Shown here one piece after another: positions 10,266 through 19,828 of a DNA stretch of 64,000 bases (position 1 is its first letter; each line of letters starts with the position of its first letter). Location: the NCBI GenBank assembly GCA_964479945.1, contig CAYZNS010000006.1:1107-65106 (forward strand), given 5' to 3'. Source of the stretch: an uncultured Candidatus Saccharibacteria bacterium. Its GTDB lineage: Bacteria > Patescibacteriota > Minisyncoccia > Ryanbacterales > 2-02-FULL-48-12. The notes beneath the pieces were generated by a model. The model had not been told where the DNA came from, searched no databases, and worked only from the letters and a program-made list of their open reading frames with translations. Both the position numbers and the translations under genes were made by a program.

Positions 10266-11246
10266 CTATACCATGGATAGCGAGCTTTCCTGCAACCCAA
10301 CTGAAAGCATATTCTTAAAATCATCCCTGGTAATACGCGTAGGAGATATATCTTTCGGGTTAATACCGCCATTCTGAAGAGAATTCGTCGCGGGGTCATA
10401 ATACCATTCCGGTACTATGTGCAATCTCCCGGAACTCATAAGCTCATATTCGTTTACCTCCGCCCGCACGCCTGCCCGCGTCATCTCTTCCGCGCGCACA
10501 AGCGCCGCCAACGCCTTTAAGCTGATGCGCTTCGCCGGGCGCGTTAAAATATTCACGTGACCGGACGGCAACCACTGCGCTACCACGTCGTACTTGCCGC
10601 CGTTTTGCGACCGCAAATAACCGGCCATGCTTGCGTTATTCGACTCAAGCATTACAACGCGCAATTTCTTTTTTTGTTGGCGTATTTCAAGTTCATCTAC
10701 TTTTCCCGTGCGCATAAGATCCTTAAATTCCCGCGGCAATTCCTCCGTACGGCGCACTTCCTCCTTATAGTGCGCCACTAACAACGGTATTATCACATCC
10801 ACGACTCGCGCGGGTTCCTTTGCAAGCACTTTATTCACATTCGCCACAAGCGCCGAGAGGCCAAACGCGCGATCAAGCGGATCGCTTGATATTGTCCCTT
10901 TTCCATAAAAATCATCTCTGCGCACGTATTCCAACAGCTTCGCCAACGCGGGATTACCAGAAACGCCAAGATACGATGAAACCAGGTCTGATGCCGTTGT
11001 TTTTTCTTTTACCGCATGATGATCAAATCGCCCGCCGCCAATGTCAATCAACACGACCCCCTCCGCATCAAGGCGTACTTCCGTAGCCCCGAGCGGCAGC
11101 GACTGCATTACTTCAATGCGTGCGTCTTTGATACACGGAAACCGTTCTCCGCCAAATTTTTTCAATATGAAAATGGCCGCAAGAGTATCCGGTTGGGGAC
11201 GTGTGGGTAAAATAATTCTATTGTAGAAAACTTGTTCTTTTTGCAT
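10266..11246 (-). CDS. DHH/MYG1-like hypothetical protein
   Basis: PQPDTLAA and DIGGGRFDHH motifs. Confidence 0.6.
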   Translation of the reverse strand: MQKEQVFYNRIILPTRPQPDTLAAIFILKKFGGERFPCIKDARIEVMQSLPLGATEVRLDAEGVVLIDIGGGRFDHHAVKEKTTASDLVSSYLGVSGNPALAKLLEYVRRDDFYGKGTISSDPLDRAFGLSALVANVNKVLAKEPARVVDVIIPLLVAHYKEEVRRTEELPREFKDLMRTGKVDELEIRQQKKKLRVVMLESNNASMAGYLRSQNGGKYDVVAQWLPSGHVNILTRPAKRISLKALAALVRAEEMTRAGVRAEVNEYELMSSGRLHIVPEWYYDPATNSLQNGGINPKDISPTRITRDDFKNMLSVGLQESSLSMV

Positions 11247-11303
11247 AAAAAAAACGAGCCCTTCTCCTCAAAGTATAAAGAAGAAGGGCTGTCAAAATCT
11301 ATC

Positions 11304-12359
11304 CTACCATCTGCGATTTTTGGAAATCGGAGGAAATTTCACCACCATATCTTTCAACTCAAACAAGGAAAAACTTGTGGGTGTTGTCTTACTATAGTTT
11401 CTCCCTCCATTCAATAACATCCCCTGATTCAGGGCATAATACCACTGACCGGGTTCCTGTGCACAAAGATGTTGTGCCAACTCTCGCAAGTCAGCCCCAT
11501 TAGTCAACACGGCGGAATGTCCCGTTGTTTTGCGAACAACGAGCACATCCCCTATTGAACGTGCTACCAATTTCACCAGCTGGTCACGATCGGTTTCCAA
11601 AATACGAACAATCAAACCGTTCCTCCCCAAAAATTGGTTCACGCCGGTTTGCCATTTAATGTTACGCGCATATTCTTCCATCCTTCCCTGTTCTTCTTTT
11701 ATGCGCTTCCATCCGGCAATCCACCACCCCGCCTTTTCGCAAATATCCTCAACTGCATACCCAAGCCGCCACATACCCCGCGCGTATGCGGCCGGCGTAA
11801 ACGGCGCCATTGAGCATTTTTTCACTTGCTCCAATAGAGCCGCGAGCCGCTCTTCACCTGCCATAGTGGCATCTTTCCGCTCAAATTCTTCCAATTCCTG
11901 CTCGGAAAGATACACTTCCACTACGTGCACCGCACGCGCAAACACTTCCGCGTCATCATACTGCGGCAGCTCATAAAGCTCCCGAAGTACCAAGGGAATT
12001 GCCATGTGCGGCTGTTTCAAGTGGCCGGTAGCATTATTCTTGTTGAGCAAGAACACAAACCTTTGTTCAGCCACATTGAGGCGCAGATAAAGCTGTGTAA
12101 CAACAGCCTCTGCAGCAGAACCAAACTGCTCTGATCGGTTGTATTTCTCGGGCCCTATGTCTATGGGAAGAATATTCTCTTCCCTCCAATGCGCCAACTG
12201 AGCAATTGTGCAGTCTGGTATCGGATCAAACCGGACATTTTCTATTGGCTCTGCCCGGCGGCGCTCCACAAGAGCTACGGCGCCGATCTTATCAATCGGC
12301 GGCTTATCGGGAACGATTACCGCAACCCAACGGCTGACATCCTCCAGATTATCCATCAC
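11304..12359 (-). CDS. Divergent paralog of the adjacent DHH-like protein
   Basis: PPIDKIGA, PIDIG and the shared WYY...NGG...PT C-terminus; strong SD aggaggtg. Confidence 0.65.
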   Translation of the reverse strand: MMDNLEDVSRWVAVIVPDKPPIDKIGAVALVERRRAEPIENVRFDPIPDCTIAQLAHWREENILPIDIGPEKYNRSEQFGSAAEAVVTQLYLRLNVAEQRFVFLLNKNNATGHLKQPHMAIPLVLRELYELPQYDDAEVFARAVHVVEVYLSEQELEEFERKDATMAGEERLAALLEQVKKCSMAPFTPAAYARGMWRLGYAVEDICEKAGWWIAGWKRIKEEQGRMEEYARNIKWQTGVNQFLGRNGLIVRILETDRDQLVKLVARSIGDVLVVRKTTGHSAVLTNGADLRELAQHLCAQEPGQWYYALNQGMLLNGGRNYSKTTPTSFSLFELKDMVVKFPPISKNRRW

Positions 12360-12393
12360 ACACCTCCTTTTTGGTACTCAAAGATTTGCGGTG

Positions 12394-12422
12394 ATTATAT
12401 AGCAAGATACGCGACTTGTCAA
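12394..12422 (-). promoter_or_regulatory. Sigma70-type promoter
   Basis: TTGACA-17-TATAAT on the minus strand upstream of 12359. Confidence 0.75.
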
Positions 12423-12436
12423 TACCACTCTTCCCA

Positions 12437-12518
12437 TTCCGGATGTGCCAAGCCAAGCTACCCACAATTCCGTCTATACACGGAATGTGTGAAGCTCGGC
12501 TAGTCACAATCCTGGCGC
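12437..12518 (+). repeat. Dispersed palindromic repeat family A, copy 1
   Basis: ttccggatgtgccaagccaagct-[hairpin]-agctcggctagtcacaatcctggcgc. Confidence 0.9.
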
Positions 12519-13151
12519 CTTGCCGTTTTTGTAGCTGTTCTCTTTGTTTCCATTATTGCCGAAAAACGCAATGAGCGCGTTGAGCAGTTCTTGAGATAAT
12601 GCGGTCACCTTCTCGGCCGCTATGCCATCCCGCGGATCCACCCCGGGGCAATACGGAAATACAATGCCTCCGCGCCATCCGTTTTGCTGGTCGCGAATCC
12701 GCGGCAATACCGTTTTGGTATCTATGAAACAAAATACCCCTCCGTGCCGCGGCGCAAGAACGCACCATTGGTCAACGCCGAGAGAATCAATATAACCTGT
12801 CCCGTTCTCGTACATAGCGTACCAGCCATACTTCACGACATCGCCGCGTAAGAAAAGAAGATGAAGCAAATATGTTACGAAGGCTTCTATGCGCTCCGAT
12901 AAGGCTATACGCTGCGCAACAAGAATTACAGATTTTACTTCCTCGCAAACGCTTGGCACTATAGGCAACTCAGATTCAAATCGGGTGATTTCTGTCTGCA
13001 AAAACAAACGCTTCTCTATTTTCGTTTTCTCCCAACGCCAACAATGGACTATCTTTTTTATATCCTCCGAATCATGCGGTGGCCACGGCCAGCACGGCAG
13101 TTCGATCCAATATCCTATTCCATCAAGCATTTCGGCAGTATCTGCGTTCAT
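12504..13151 (-). CDS. Hypothetical protein; last codons and stop lie inside repeat A
   Basis: ATG at 13151 with SD ggagg; ORF ends KAPGL*. Confidence 0.65.
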   Translation of the reverse strand: MNADTAEMLDGIGYWIELPCWPWPPHDSEDIKKIVHCWRWEKTKIEKRLFLQTEITRFESELPIVPSVCEEVKSVILVAQRIALSERIEAFVTYLLHLLFLRGDVVKYGWYAMYENGTGYIDSLGVDQWCVLAPRHGGVFCFIDTKTVLPRIRDQQNGWRGGIVFPYCPGVDPRDGIAAEKVTALSQELLNALIAFFGNNGNKENSYKNGKAPGL

Positions 13152-13398
13152 AAGCCAGTCCTCCAGAAAGAAATTTTTCAAAATCCAGGTTCCGTTGCTA
13201 CCATACAATACCTGTGGATAACAGACAAGTATTATTATGTAACATTTGGTATTATAGAAAGCGTATCGTCGCGCAAAAATGCGAATCCGAAAATTCCGGC
13301 ACGGCAATTCATAATAATAACAAAACACAAATTCCGAAACAAGAATAGAAAATCTATATTCGGGATTCTGGTTTGGTAATTGATGATTTTCTTACACA

Positions 13399-16300
13399 AT
13401 GCCCCGAAAGAAAAAAATTGTCTCCGATGCCAGCGACGCGCTGGAAATTCTGCGCGAAGCGTTTTCTCCGTACCATACAAAAAAATACGGAATGCCGCGC
13501 TTTGCGGAGCTGGGAAAGAAACCGCGCATACGACTCGTTGCCGCTAAGGAAAATGGATATGCAGGAGAAAAGGATCCCTATCTTGAAAATCCGGCTTCGG
13601 GGGCTGAAGAAAACAACAACACTCCCCCTGCGTCGGAACCGAAAGCAACTCTTGAACCATTAATCCGCAACGTGCAAGAAGGAACATTAAAACCGGAACA
13701 ACAGAAGAAAACCGTGGATAAAAAGCCATCGGGCGGCGCTTTATCGCTGGAAGATCTGAAAAAATACAACGAGATGCGGCTGGAACGGATGGAGGCCATT
13801 CCAAAACCGCCGCCGCAACCCTCTCCCGAAGAATTAAAAACAAAAATAGAAGTCGCCGCGCGCGGACGGGCAGAAATGCAACCCCCGGCTCAAGAAGCGA
13901 AGATACTATGGGAAAAAACACAGGAAGAACCGCAAAAGCAATCAGTTGAACAGTCATCCGCGCCCGTTCAACCGGACCGGCTTAAGATTATAGAAGAACA
14001 AGACGGCAGCTTTAGCCTGGAAGACGAGGAAGGCAATCTTAGAGCGGGCAGCCTTTCCAAAGCAGACGCGGAAAAGTATTCTGATCCCGATAAGATACAA
14101 GAATTGTACGACAAAACATATCTTGAAGAAGACATTGAGCGGGATATCGCGCAGCTGCACCGCCGGGCGCCGCGAGAGCAGACAACGCAAGACATGGTTG
14201 GAAAAGAACTTCTCAAGCGTTCCGGCATAAAAGACCTTACCGCCAAAGGCAAAGGGTTTCGCGTTGACATAGACAATAAACTCTACCAGCACATAGCTTC
14301 TGAAGAGGAAGCAAAACGGGTAGCGGATGTTATCAAATCGGGAAAAATGCCGGATCTGATAAAAGGAGAAGACGGCCCGTATCGTCTGCGAAATGACGAA
14401 TCTGCCGCGGAAAAAGAACGAGTGGCTGCTTTACATAAAAAAGCAGAAGATCTCCATGCGCAAAAATCCAAACTCTCGCCGGAAGATCAGAAGCGACTTT
14501 ATGACCTGACGGCCAAAATAAACGCGCAATTTGAAACGCAAAGTCAGGAAGGCCGAGTTCCTGCTACGGAAGCAACACCAATTCCTCCTGATGCTGATAA
14601 ACAAGCATTGGAAGTATTGCAAGAGATAGTATCGGAAGAGTCTCGTAAAAAACCGGAGCCGCCTATGGTGAGCCATAAAGAAACGCCGGTGAAAGTTGAA
14701 GCTGCCACGGGCGGACAAGCGGAAATAAAGGCCCCGGAAATGCCGCAAGCAGTTCCTGATCTTGGCACGCCATCGCTGGAGGAGGTGGAGAAACAGCTTT
14801 CCGAAAGCATGAAAACAAAAGTTGGCGCGCCGGAAAAAGCCGTGCCCACCGGCAGGCAGGCGCCGGAGCCGCCGCTGGCAGAGATCCCGAAACCGGAACT
14901 CAAAAAATCGGAGGCGGCAAAAGCGAAGGAGGCGAAGAATTTAAAACCGGAAGGCATCCGCTTGAGCGATTTGCCGCCGGAAGAACAGGAAAAGGCAAAA
15001 GTAGAAGCGGCAAAAGTTTCGTTTGAAGAAAAAACAAAATTACTGCTCAAAGAAATTGATTCGCCCGGCGGATGGTCAAGGGAAAAAGGGCAGGAAGTTT
15101 TAGCGCGGCAACTGGCACGAGAAAAAGGATACAGCGCCGAGGCAATTCAAAAGAGTATTGACGAACTGCGTTCGCGAGAGAAAGATATAAGCCACCGCGA
15201 ACGCCGCATGGTAGGACGGCTCGGGCTTGCCAAAAAACTCATTGAAGAAGAACTTGGCGCGACAACAAAAACGGAGGAAAAGAAAGAAGAAACCAAGCGC
15301 AGGCCTTACACAATAAATGAAACCGGCGACATTGAGCTTGAGAAAAGCGAGTACGCCGAAGTGAAAGAAACCGCCGTCGGCAAAGCATTTTCTGAAAAGT
15401 TCGGCATCACGGCGGAAGAATTGGCGCGCATGGAAGGTTTCCGCGATCTTTCAGACGGCCAGCAACTGCTTGTATTGCGCAACCTTGATCAGCTTACACG
15501 CGGGCGCATTGAAGAAGAAGCGGCTACCATTTACAAGGAAGGTACGCAACACAGTAAATTCCTGGGCAGAATATTCCGCGGCGTTACGGAAGGAATAACC
15601 GGAAAAGAATATAAAACACTTGCCGCCAAAAAACAAACGGAAGAAGCGATACGGACCGGCGGCATTGCCCTGCACGGCGCACACCTTGCATGGCTTACCA
15701 AAATGGCGAAAAATACTCCGGTAGAAGTAAAAGAAGATGGATCTCTGGAAATTAATTATATATATCCCGATACTTTTGGACCCGATGGCATACAAGTGGC
15801 AAAGGCATATAACACCGCTGCAACAAAATTTTCTACGATACCGCTTGCGTGGTCATGGGACACCGCAACAAATAAACAACAAAAAGAATTCGTAAAACTT
15901 GAAAAGCAATATCAAGAAGCGCGTGAAGCACTGGAGACATTGTTCGCTAAAGATTCCAATATAAAAGCGGCATCTCTTTTTGTGCACAATCTGGACAATG
16001 CCGTAAAAATGAATCAACTCCTCAACGCAAACCCGGAACTGGAAACTGCACTTCAACAAGTAGATTCAAAACGCACGTGGAAAGAATTTGCAAAAGGTGT
16101 TGGTAAATCACTTAGTGAAAAAGGTGCGTTTGCCGGAGCGGGTTACGTTACCCGATACGCCACCATAAGCTTGTTCGGACTAGCCGCCGCACCAGCCGCA
16201 GCTGGTGTAATAAAAGGCATCCGATCAACAATGAAAGGAGCGGAAAATTTCCGCGAGGAGAAAAAATTGCGCAGGAACAGCACTGCCCGAAAAGAAAAGG

Positions 16301-17388
16301 CGGGAATGGATAAGGAACTACTCGGTAAAAAAGATTTCGTTGACGCTGAAAATCTTAACGGAAGAATTGAGTTCCTTCTGGAAAAGATCAATACAGACCA
16401 TGTGCCAACCCGCCATGACCGCCATGTAGAACATCTGGACAAATTACTGCAATACACGCACGCAAAATTAAAAGATGGTTACATAAATTTCGGCACCAAA
16501 GACAAAAATCTGCAAAACCAATTTGAACTTCTTACAAACTTGAGTAAAGCCCAAGGATACCTTTTCATGCACCTCAATAATACAGGAGCTCAAGACAAGC
16601 AAGACAAGATGGTTGCAAAGGCTTTGGAACTTCACAAACGAAGAGTTTCCGGGGAAAAGAGAAAATATTTGGCGGTACAGTTTGGCAAAGGGGCTCTCAT
16701 AGGCGCATCATTCGCCGCAGGCGGTTGGATTACGCGCCATCTCATGGAAGAGAATGGTTTCTTCTCAAAAGCAGCAGAAGCTGCAAAGGATACCGCCGCG
16801 CCGCCCGAAAACCTGCCGCTAAAGCCGGAGATAGAACCAACACCCGTACTGCCAGCGGAAAAAGCGGCGAAAGCCCCCGCCTGGCAGCCGCTGGAAAAAC
16901 AAACGCCGCAATGGGAACCGTTGGATAATGCAGACGCGGGAACGGGCAGAAAAGGGCTGCCGGCATGGGAACCAGCGGAGAAAGCTTCGGACGCAATTTC
17001 CGCTGCGGAAAAAACAATGACGCTTTCCATTGCGGCGCGAGGGCCGGAGGGTACGCTTATTGATGAGCTTCAAAATAATGCAAAACTGGCAAAAGAATAC
17101 GGGTGGGATGGAACATCTGATATAAAAACATGGGCAGGCGGCGAAGCACACCGTATGTGGCTGGAACATGCGCATAAGGCCGTGAAAAATCCCGATGTAC
17201 TTAACCAAATGAAAAAACTTGGATATCTGAAAGGCCTTTCAAAAACACAAATGGAAGATGAAGATATTGTACTCGGCCGTTACAAAGAGATGATGCTTCG
17301 CATCAAAAAAGGGTCAACTCTTTCATTTGATCCTGCAAAAAAATTACTGGATTTTTCGAAAGTACTATTTTCAAAGGCGCCTAGATAA
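13399..17388 (+). CDS. Large (1329 aa) charged, low-complexity hypothetical protein with hydrophobic segments
   Basis: Long ORF, E/K/P-rich; Gly/Ala-rich hydrophobic stretches near aa 910-945 and 1095-1112. Confidence 0.85.
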   Translation: MPRKKKIVSDASDALEILREAFSPYHTKKYGMPRFAELGKKPRIRLVAAKENGYAGEKDPYLENPASGAEENNNTPPASEPKATLEPLIRNVQEGTLKPEQQKKTVDKKPSGGALSLEDLKKYNEMRLERMEAIPKPPPQPSPEELKTKIEVAARGRAEMQPPAQEAKILWEKTQEEPQKQSVEQSSAPVQPDRLKIIEEQDGSFSLEDEEGNLRAGSLSKADAEKYSDPDKIQELYDKTYLEEDIERDIAQLHRRAPREQTTQDMVGKELLKRSGIKDLTAKGKGFRVDIDNKLYQHIASEEEAKRVADVIKSGKMPDLIKGEDGPYRLRNDESAAEKERVAALHKKAEDLHAQKSKLSPEDQKRLYDLTAKINAQFETQSQEGRVPATEATPIPPDADKQALEVLQEIVSEESRKKPEPPMVSHKETPVKVEAATGGQAEIKAPEMPQAVPDLGTPSLEEVEKQLSESMKTKVGAPEKAVPTGRQAPEPPLAEIPKPELKKSEAAKAKEAKNLKPEGIRLSDLPPEEQEKAKVEAAKVSFEEKTKLLLKEIDSPGGWSREKGQEVLARQLAREKGYSAEAIQKSIDELRSREKDISHRERRMVGRLGLAKKLIEEELGATTKTEEKKEETKRRPYTINETGDIELEKSEYAEVKETAVGKAFSEKFGITAEELARMEGFRDLSDGQQLLVLRNLDQLTRGRIEEEAATIYKEGTQHSKFLGRIFRGVTEGITGKEYKTLAAKKQTEEAIRTGGIALHGAHLAWLTKMAKNTPVEVKEDGSLEINYIYPDTFGPDGIQVAKAYNTAATKFSTIPLAWSWDTATNKQQKEFVKLEKQYQEAREALETLFAKDSNIKAASLFVHNLDNAVKMNQLLNANPELETALQQVDSKRTWKEFAKGVGKSLSEKGAFAGAGYVTRYATISLFGLAAAPAAAGVIKGIRSTMKGAENFREEKKLRRNSTARKEKAGMDKELLGKKDFVDAENLNGRIEFLLEKINTDHVPTRHDRHVEHLDKLLQYTHAKLKDGYINFGTKDKNLQNQFELLTNLSKAQGYLFMHLNNTGAQDKQDKMVAKALELHKRRVSGEKRKYLAVQFGKGALIGASFAAGGWITRHLMEENGFFSKAAEAAKDTAAPPENLPLKPEIEPTPVLPAEKAAKAPAWQPLEKQTPQWEPLDNADAGTGRKGLPAWEPAEKASDAISAAEKTMTLSIAARGPEGTLIDELQNNAKLAKEYGWDGTSDIKTWAGGEAHRMWLEHAHKAVKNPDVLNQMKKLGYLKGLSKTQMEDEDIVLGRYKEMMLRIKKGSTLSFDPAKKLLDFSKVLFSKAPR

Positions 17389-17392
17389 CATT

Positions 17393-17465
17393 TTCCGGAC
17401 GTGCCGAGCCGAGCTATCTCCCGGTACAACCGTGGATAGAGCTCGGCTAGTCACAATCCTGGCGC
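17393..17465 (+). repeat. Repeat family A, copy 2
   Basis: ttccggacgtgccgagccgagct-atctcccggtacaaccgtggatag-agctcggctagtcacaatcctggcgc. Confidence 0.9.
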
Positions 17466-17516
17466 TTGCTTGAATTTTAAACGTTCTTCGTTACACGTTT
17501 TACGTTCTACGAACTT

Positions 17517-18629
17517 ATGCCCTCAAAAAAAGAAATAGAACTAACACTGGAAGAGACGGAAACTGCGCTCGCTTCCGCGGCCGCGGCAGAAGCTGACCGT
17601 CTGGACGAACAGTCGTACTGGCTGGACCAGGCGCTGCGCAGCGAAGTGCCCAACAGCGTATTGGAACGCGCCTATGCGCTGCACAAGGAAACGAACGGCA
17701 TGCGCGGTTTGGCGCCCGAAGTTTTTAGCAGCGTGCCCTTTCCTTTGGAAAAGGGAGGTAGGGAGGAATTTGTTGATTCAAATAAAAAAACAGTTCCAGA
17801 AACTGCCAAAACCGGAGAGACGCTCTGGGGCATTCTCTACCGCGAATTTGCAAGCGGCAAGAATCTGGATGATCCGCATGTTGCCGACATATTCAACCAC
17901 CTGCCACCTGCCGCGCAGTGTCATTTTGTGGATGCCACTGAAGACTATATTCGCACGCGCGCTGCTGAAGAGAAACGCACAATGCACAAAACAATTTCCT
18001 TGAGCGCCCCTGAAGTTGACGCGATAAAAGACGGAGACGCGCTTAATCTGGATTCCGTATTGAAAAATGAGGAGCTGCTGCTGCACTTGGTGGATAAAGC
18101 AAAAGAAATTGCAGTTATTATGGAAGGAGTGATACAGGAACATAGCAAAAAAACAGCCGAGTGGATGCGGTACCATCAAGCGGAACCGCACACCGAAGCA
18201 AAGCTGGAAGAAATACTCTACGGCCCGGAAGCGGCAAAGACATTCGCCGAGCCGCCCGCGGACGAGATATTCAAGCTTATGCAAAAAGTAAAAAGCGGCT
18301 CTCCCGTAGGACCGCACGAAGAGAAAGCGGTTGCGGAGACATTAGCGCTCTACGAACGCAAAATCCGCGATCGTTTTACCATGACAACCAGTGAATATAT
18401 CCGTATACGAAGCCTGCCCGTACACACCCTGCTCGAAGCCGTGCCGCCCGATAAAAAACAACTCGCGTTTATTACGCAAAACGCCGTGCGGCCAGAGCTA
18501 TTGAATGTGCCGGATGCGGAATTCAGCAAGCGCGTGCGCATAGCGCAACTCATCCGCGCGTACTCATTCAGCAAGGAGCTCCGCACTATAACCATACGCC
18601 AGTTCTTCCGCGGGATTGTGGAGAATTAG
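17517..18629 (+). CDS. Hypothetical protein with a LysM-like GETLWGI motif
   Basis: 370-aa ORF; AKTGETLWGIL. Confidence 0.75.
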   Translation: MPSKKEIELTLEETETALASAAAAEADRLDEQSYWLDQALRSEVPNSVLERAYALHKETNGMRGLAPEVFSSVPFPLEKGGREEFVDSNKKTVPETAKTGETLWGILYREFASGKNLDDPHVADIFNHLPPAAQCHFVDATEDYIRTRAAEEKRTMHKTISLSAPEVDAIKDGDALNLDSVLKNEELLLHLVDKAKEIAVIMEGVIQEHSKKTAEWMRYHQAEPHTEAKLEEILYGPEAAKTFAEPPADEIFKLMQKVKSGSPVGPHEEKAVAETLALYERKIRDRFTMTTSEYIRIRSLPVHTLLEAVPPDKKQLAFITQNAVRPELLNVPDAEFSKRVRIAQLIRAYSFSKELRTITIRQFFRGIVEN

Positions 18630-18651
18630 AGGGCACGCTATAGTATGCTCC

Positions 18652-19737
18652 ATGCAGCGTGAGCATATTTTTGCAAATGCTCTCAACCATATACCGGAGC
18701 TTGGACCGCGCCGTCTGGCGGACCTTTATGCGCGGTTTGCCTCTTTTGAGCGCATGTGGCACGCCGCGTTATCCGATCTTGGTTTGGCTCTCCATAATGA
18801 TGCGCTCGCGCGCGCTGTCGCCGAGAAGCGCCGCGCTATCAATCCCGAACGGGAGTATGAGCGTGCCAGATCCCGCAACATAACAATCATACTGAAAACT
18901 GATCCTGCTTATCCTTCCCACCTGCGAGATCTGCCGGATTCCCCCGCTCTCTTATACATAGAAGGCGCGTTGCAGGCATTTACTCTCCCCGCGCTTGCCG
19001 TTGTTGGTACGCGTTCCCCGACACCTTACGGCCGCGAAGCGTGCCGCGCGCTGGTAGGCCCCGTAGCGGCCGCAGGCATTCCCATTATTTCCGGACTTGC
19101 TGTAGGCATTGACGCAGAAGCGCATAAAACAGCTCTTACGGAAAGTGGATATACGATAGGAGTTTTGGGATCTGGCATAGCGCGCGACGCTCTGTATCCA
19201 ACCCAAAACAAACGCCTCGCCGATGAAATAATCGCGCATGGGGGCGCACTTATTTCGGAATACCCGCCGTTTTTTAAAGCGGCAACATGGACATTTCCCA
19301 TGCGAAACCGTATTATCGCGGGGTTGAGCGCTGCCGTGCTTGTGGTAGAAGCAAAAGAAAAAAGCGGTACGCGCATTACCGCAAATTATGCTGCCGAATA
19401 CGGTCGCGACGTGCTTGCCGTACCAGGCGCTATCTTTTCCGCCAACTCATGGACGCCCCATAGCTTGATCCGGGATGGCGCGGCGGCGGTTACATCAGCC
19501 CATGAAGTGTTCGATGCTCTTGGGTTGCAGCGCCCTACCGTTGCAAGCGCCGTTGCCAATGTATCGCCGGATGAGCAGACAATTCTTGCTCTATTAGAAC
19601 ATGAACCGCGGTCAGCAAACGATTTGGCGCGCGGCTGCGCGATTGGCATCGGCGCCATACAACATATTCTCGCGCATTTTGAAATACGTGGTATGGTACG
19701 GAATATGGGAAACGGAGTGTACAGAAAAGTATCATGA
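18652..19737 (+). CDS. dprA: DNA-protecting protein DprA
   Basis: AVVGTR, ISGLAVGID, FPMRNRIIAG, VEAKEKSG, AVPG; upstream of topA. Confidence 0.95.
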   Translation: MQREHIFANALNHIPELGPRRLADLYARFASFERMWHAALSDLGLALHNDALARAVAEKRRAINPEREYERARSRNITIILKTDPAYPSHLRDLPDSPALLYIEGALQAFTLPALAVVGTRSPTPYGREACRALVGPVAAAGIPIISGLAVGIDAEAHKTALTESGYTIGVLGSGIARDALYPTQNKRLADEIIAHGGALISEYPPFFKAATWTFPMRNRIIAGLSAAVLVVEAKEKSGTRITANYAAEYGRDVLAVPGAIFSANSWTPHSLIRDGAAAVTSAHEVFDALGLQRPTVASAVANVSPDEQTILALLEHEPRSANDLARGCAIGIGAIQHILAHFEIRGMVRNMGNGVYRKVS

Positions 19738-19818
19738 AAACATTAAAACACAAGAACATAAAAACACTTCTGCTTTAACATTTTTGTGTTTTAATGTTTT
19801 CATGTTGTAGTGCTTTAA
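19733..19818. repeat. Inverted pair of 8-nt tandem repeats (cattaaaa/cacaagaa versus ttttgtgt/tttaatgt)
   Basis: Visible period-8 tract with two mirrored halves. Confidence 0.8.
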
Positions 19819-19828
19819 TGAATTACCA

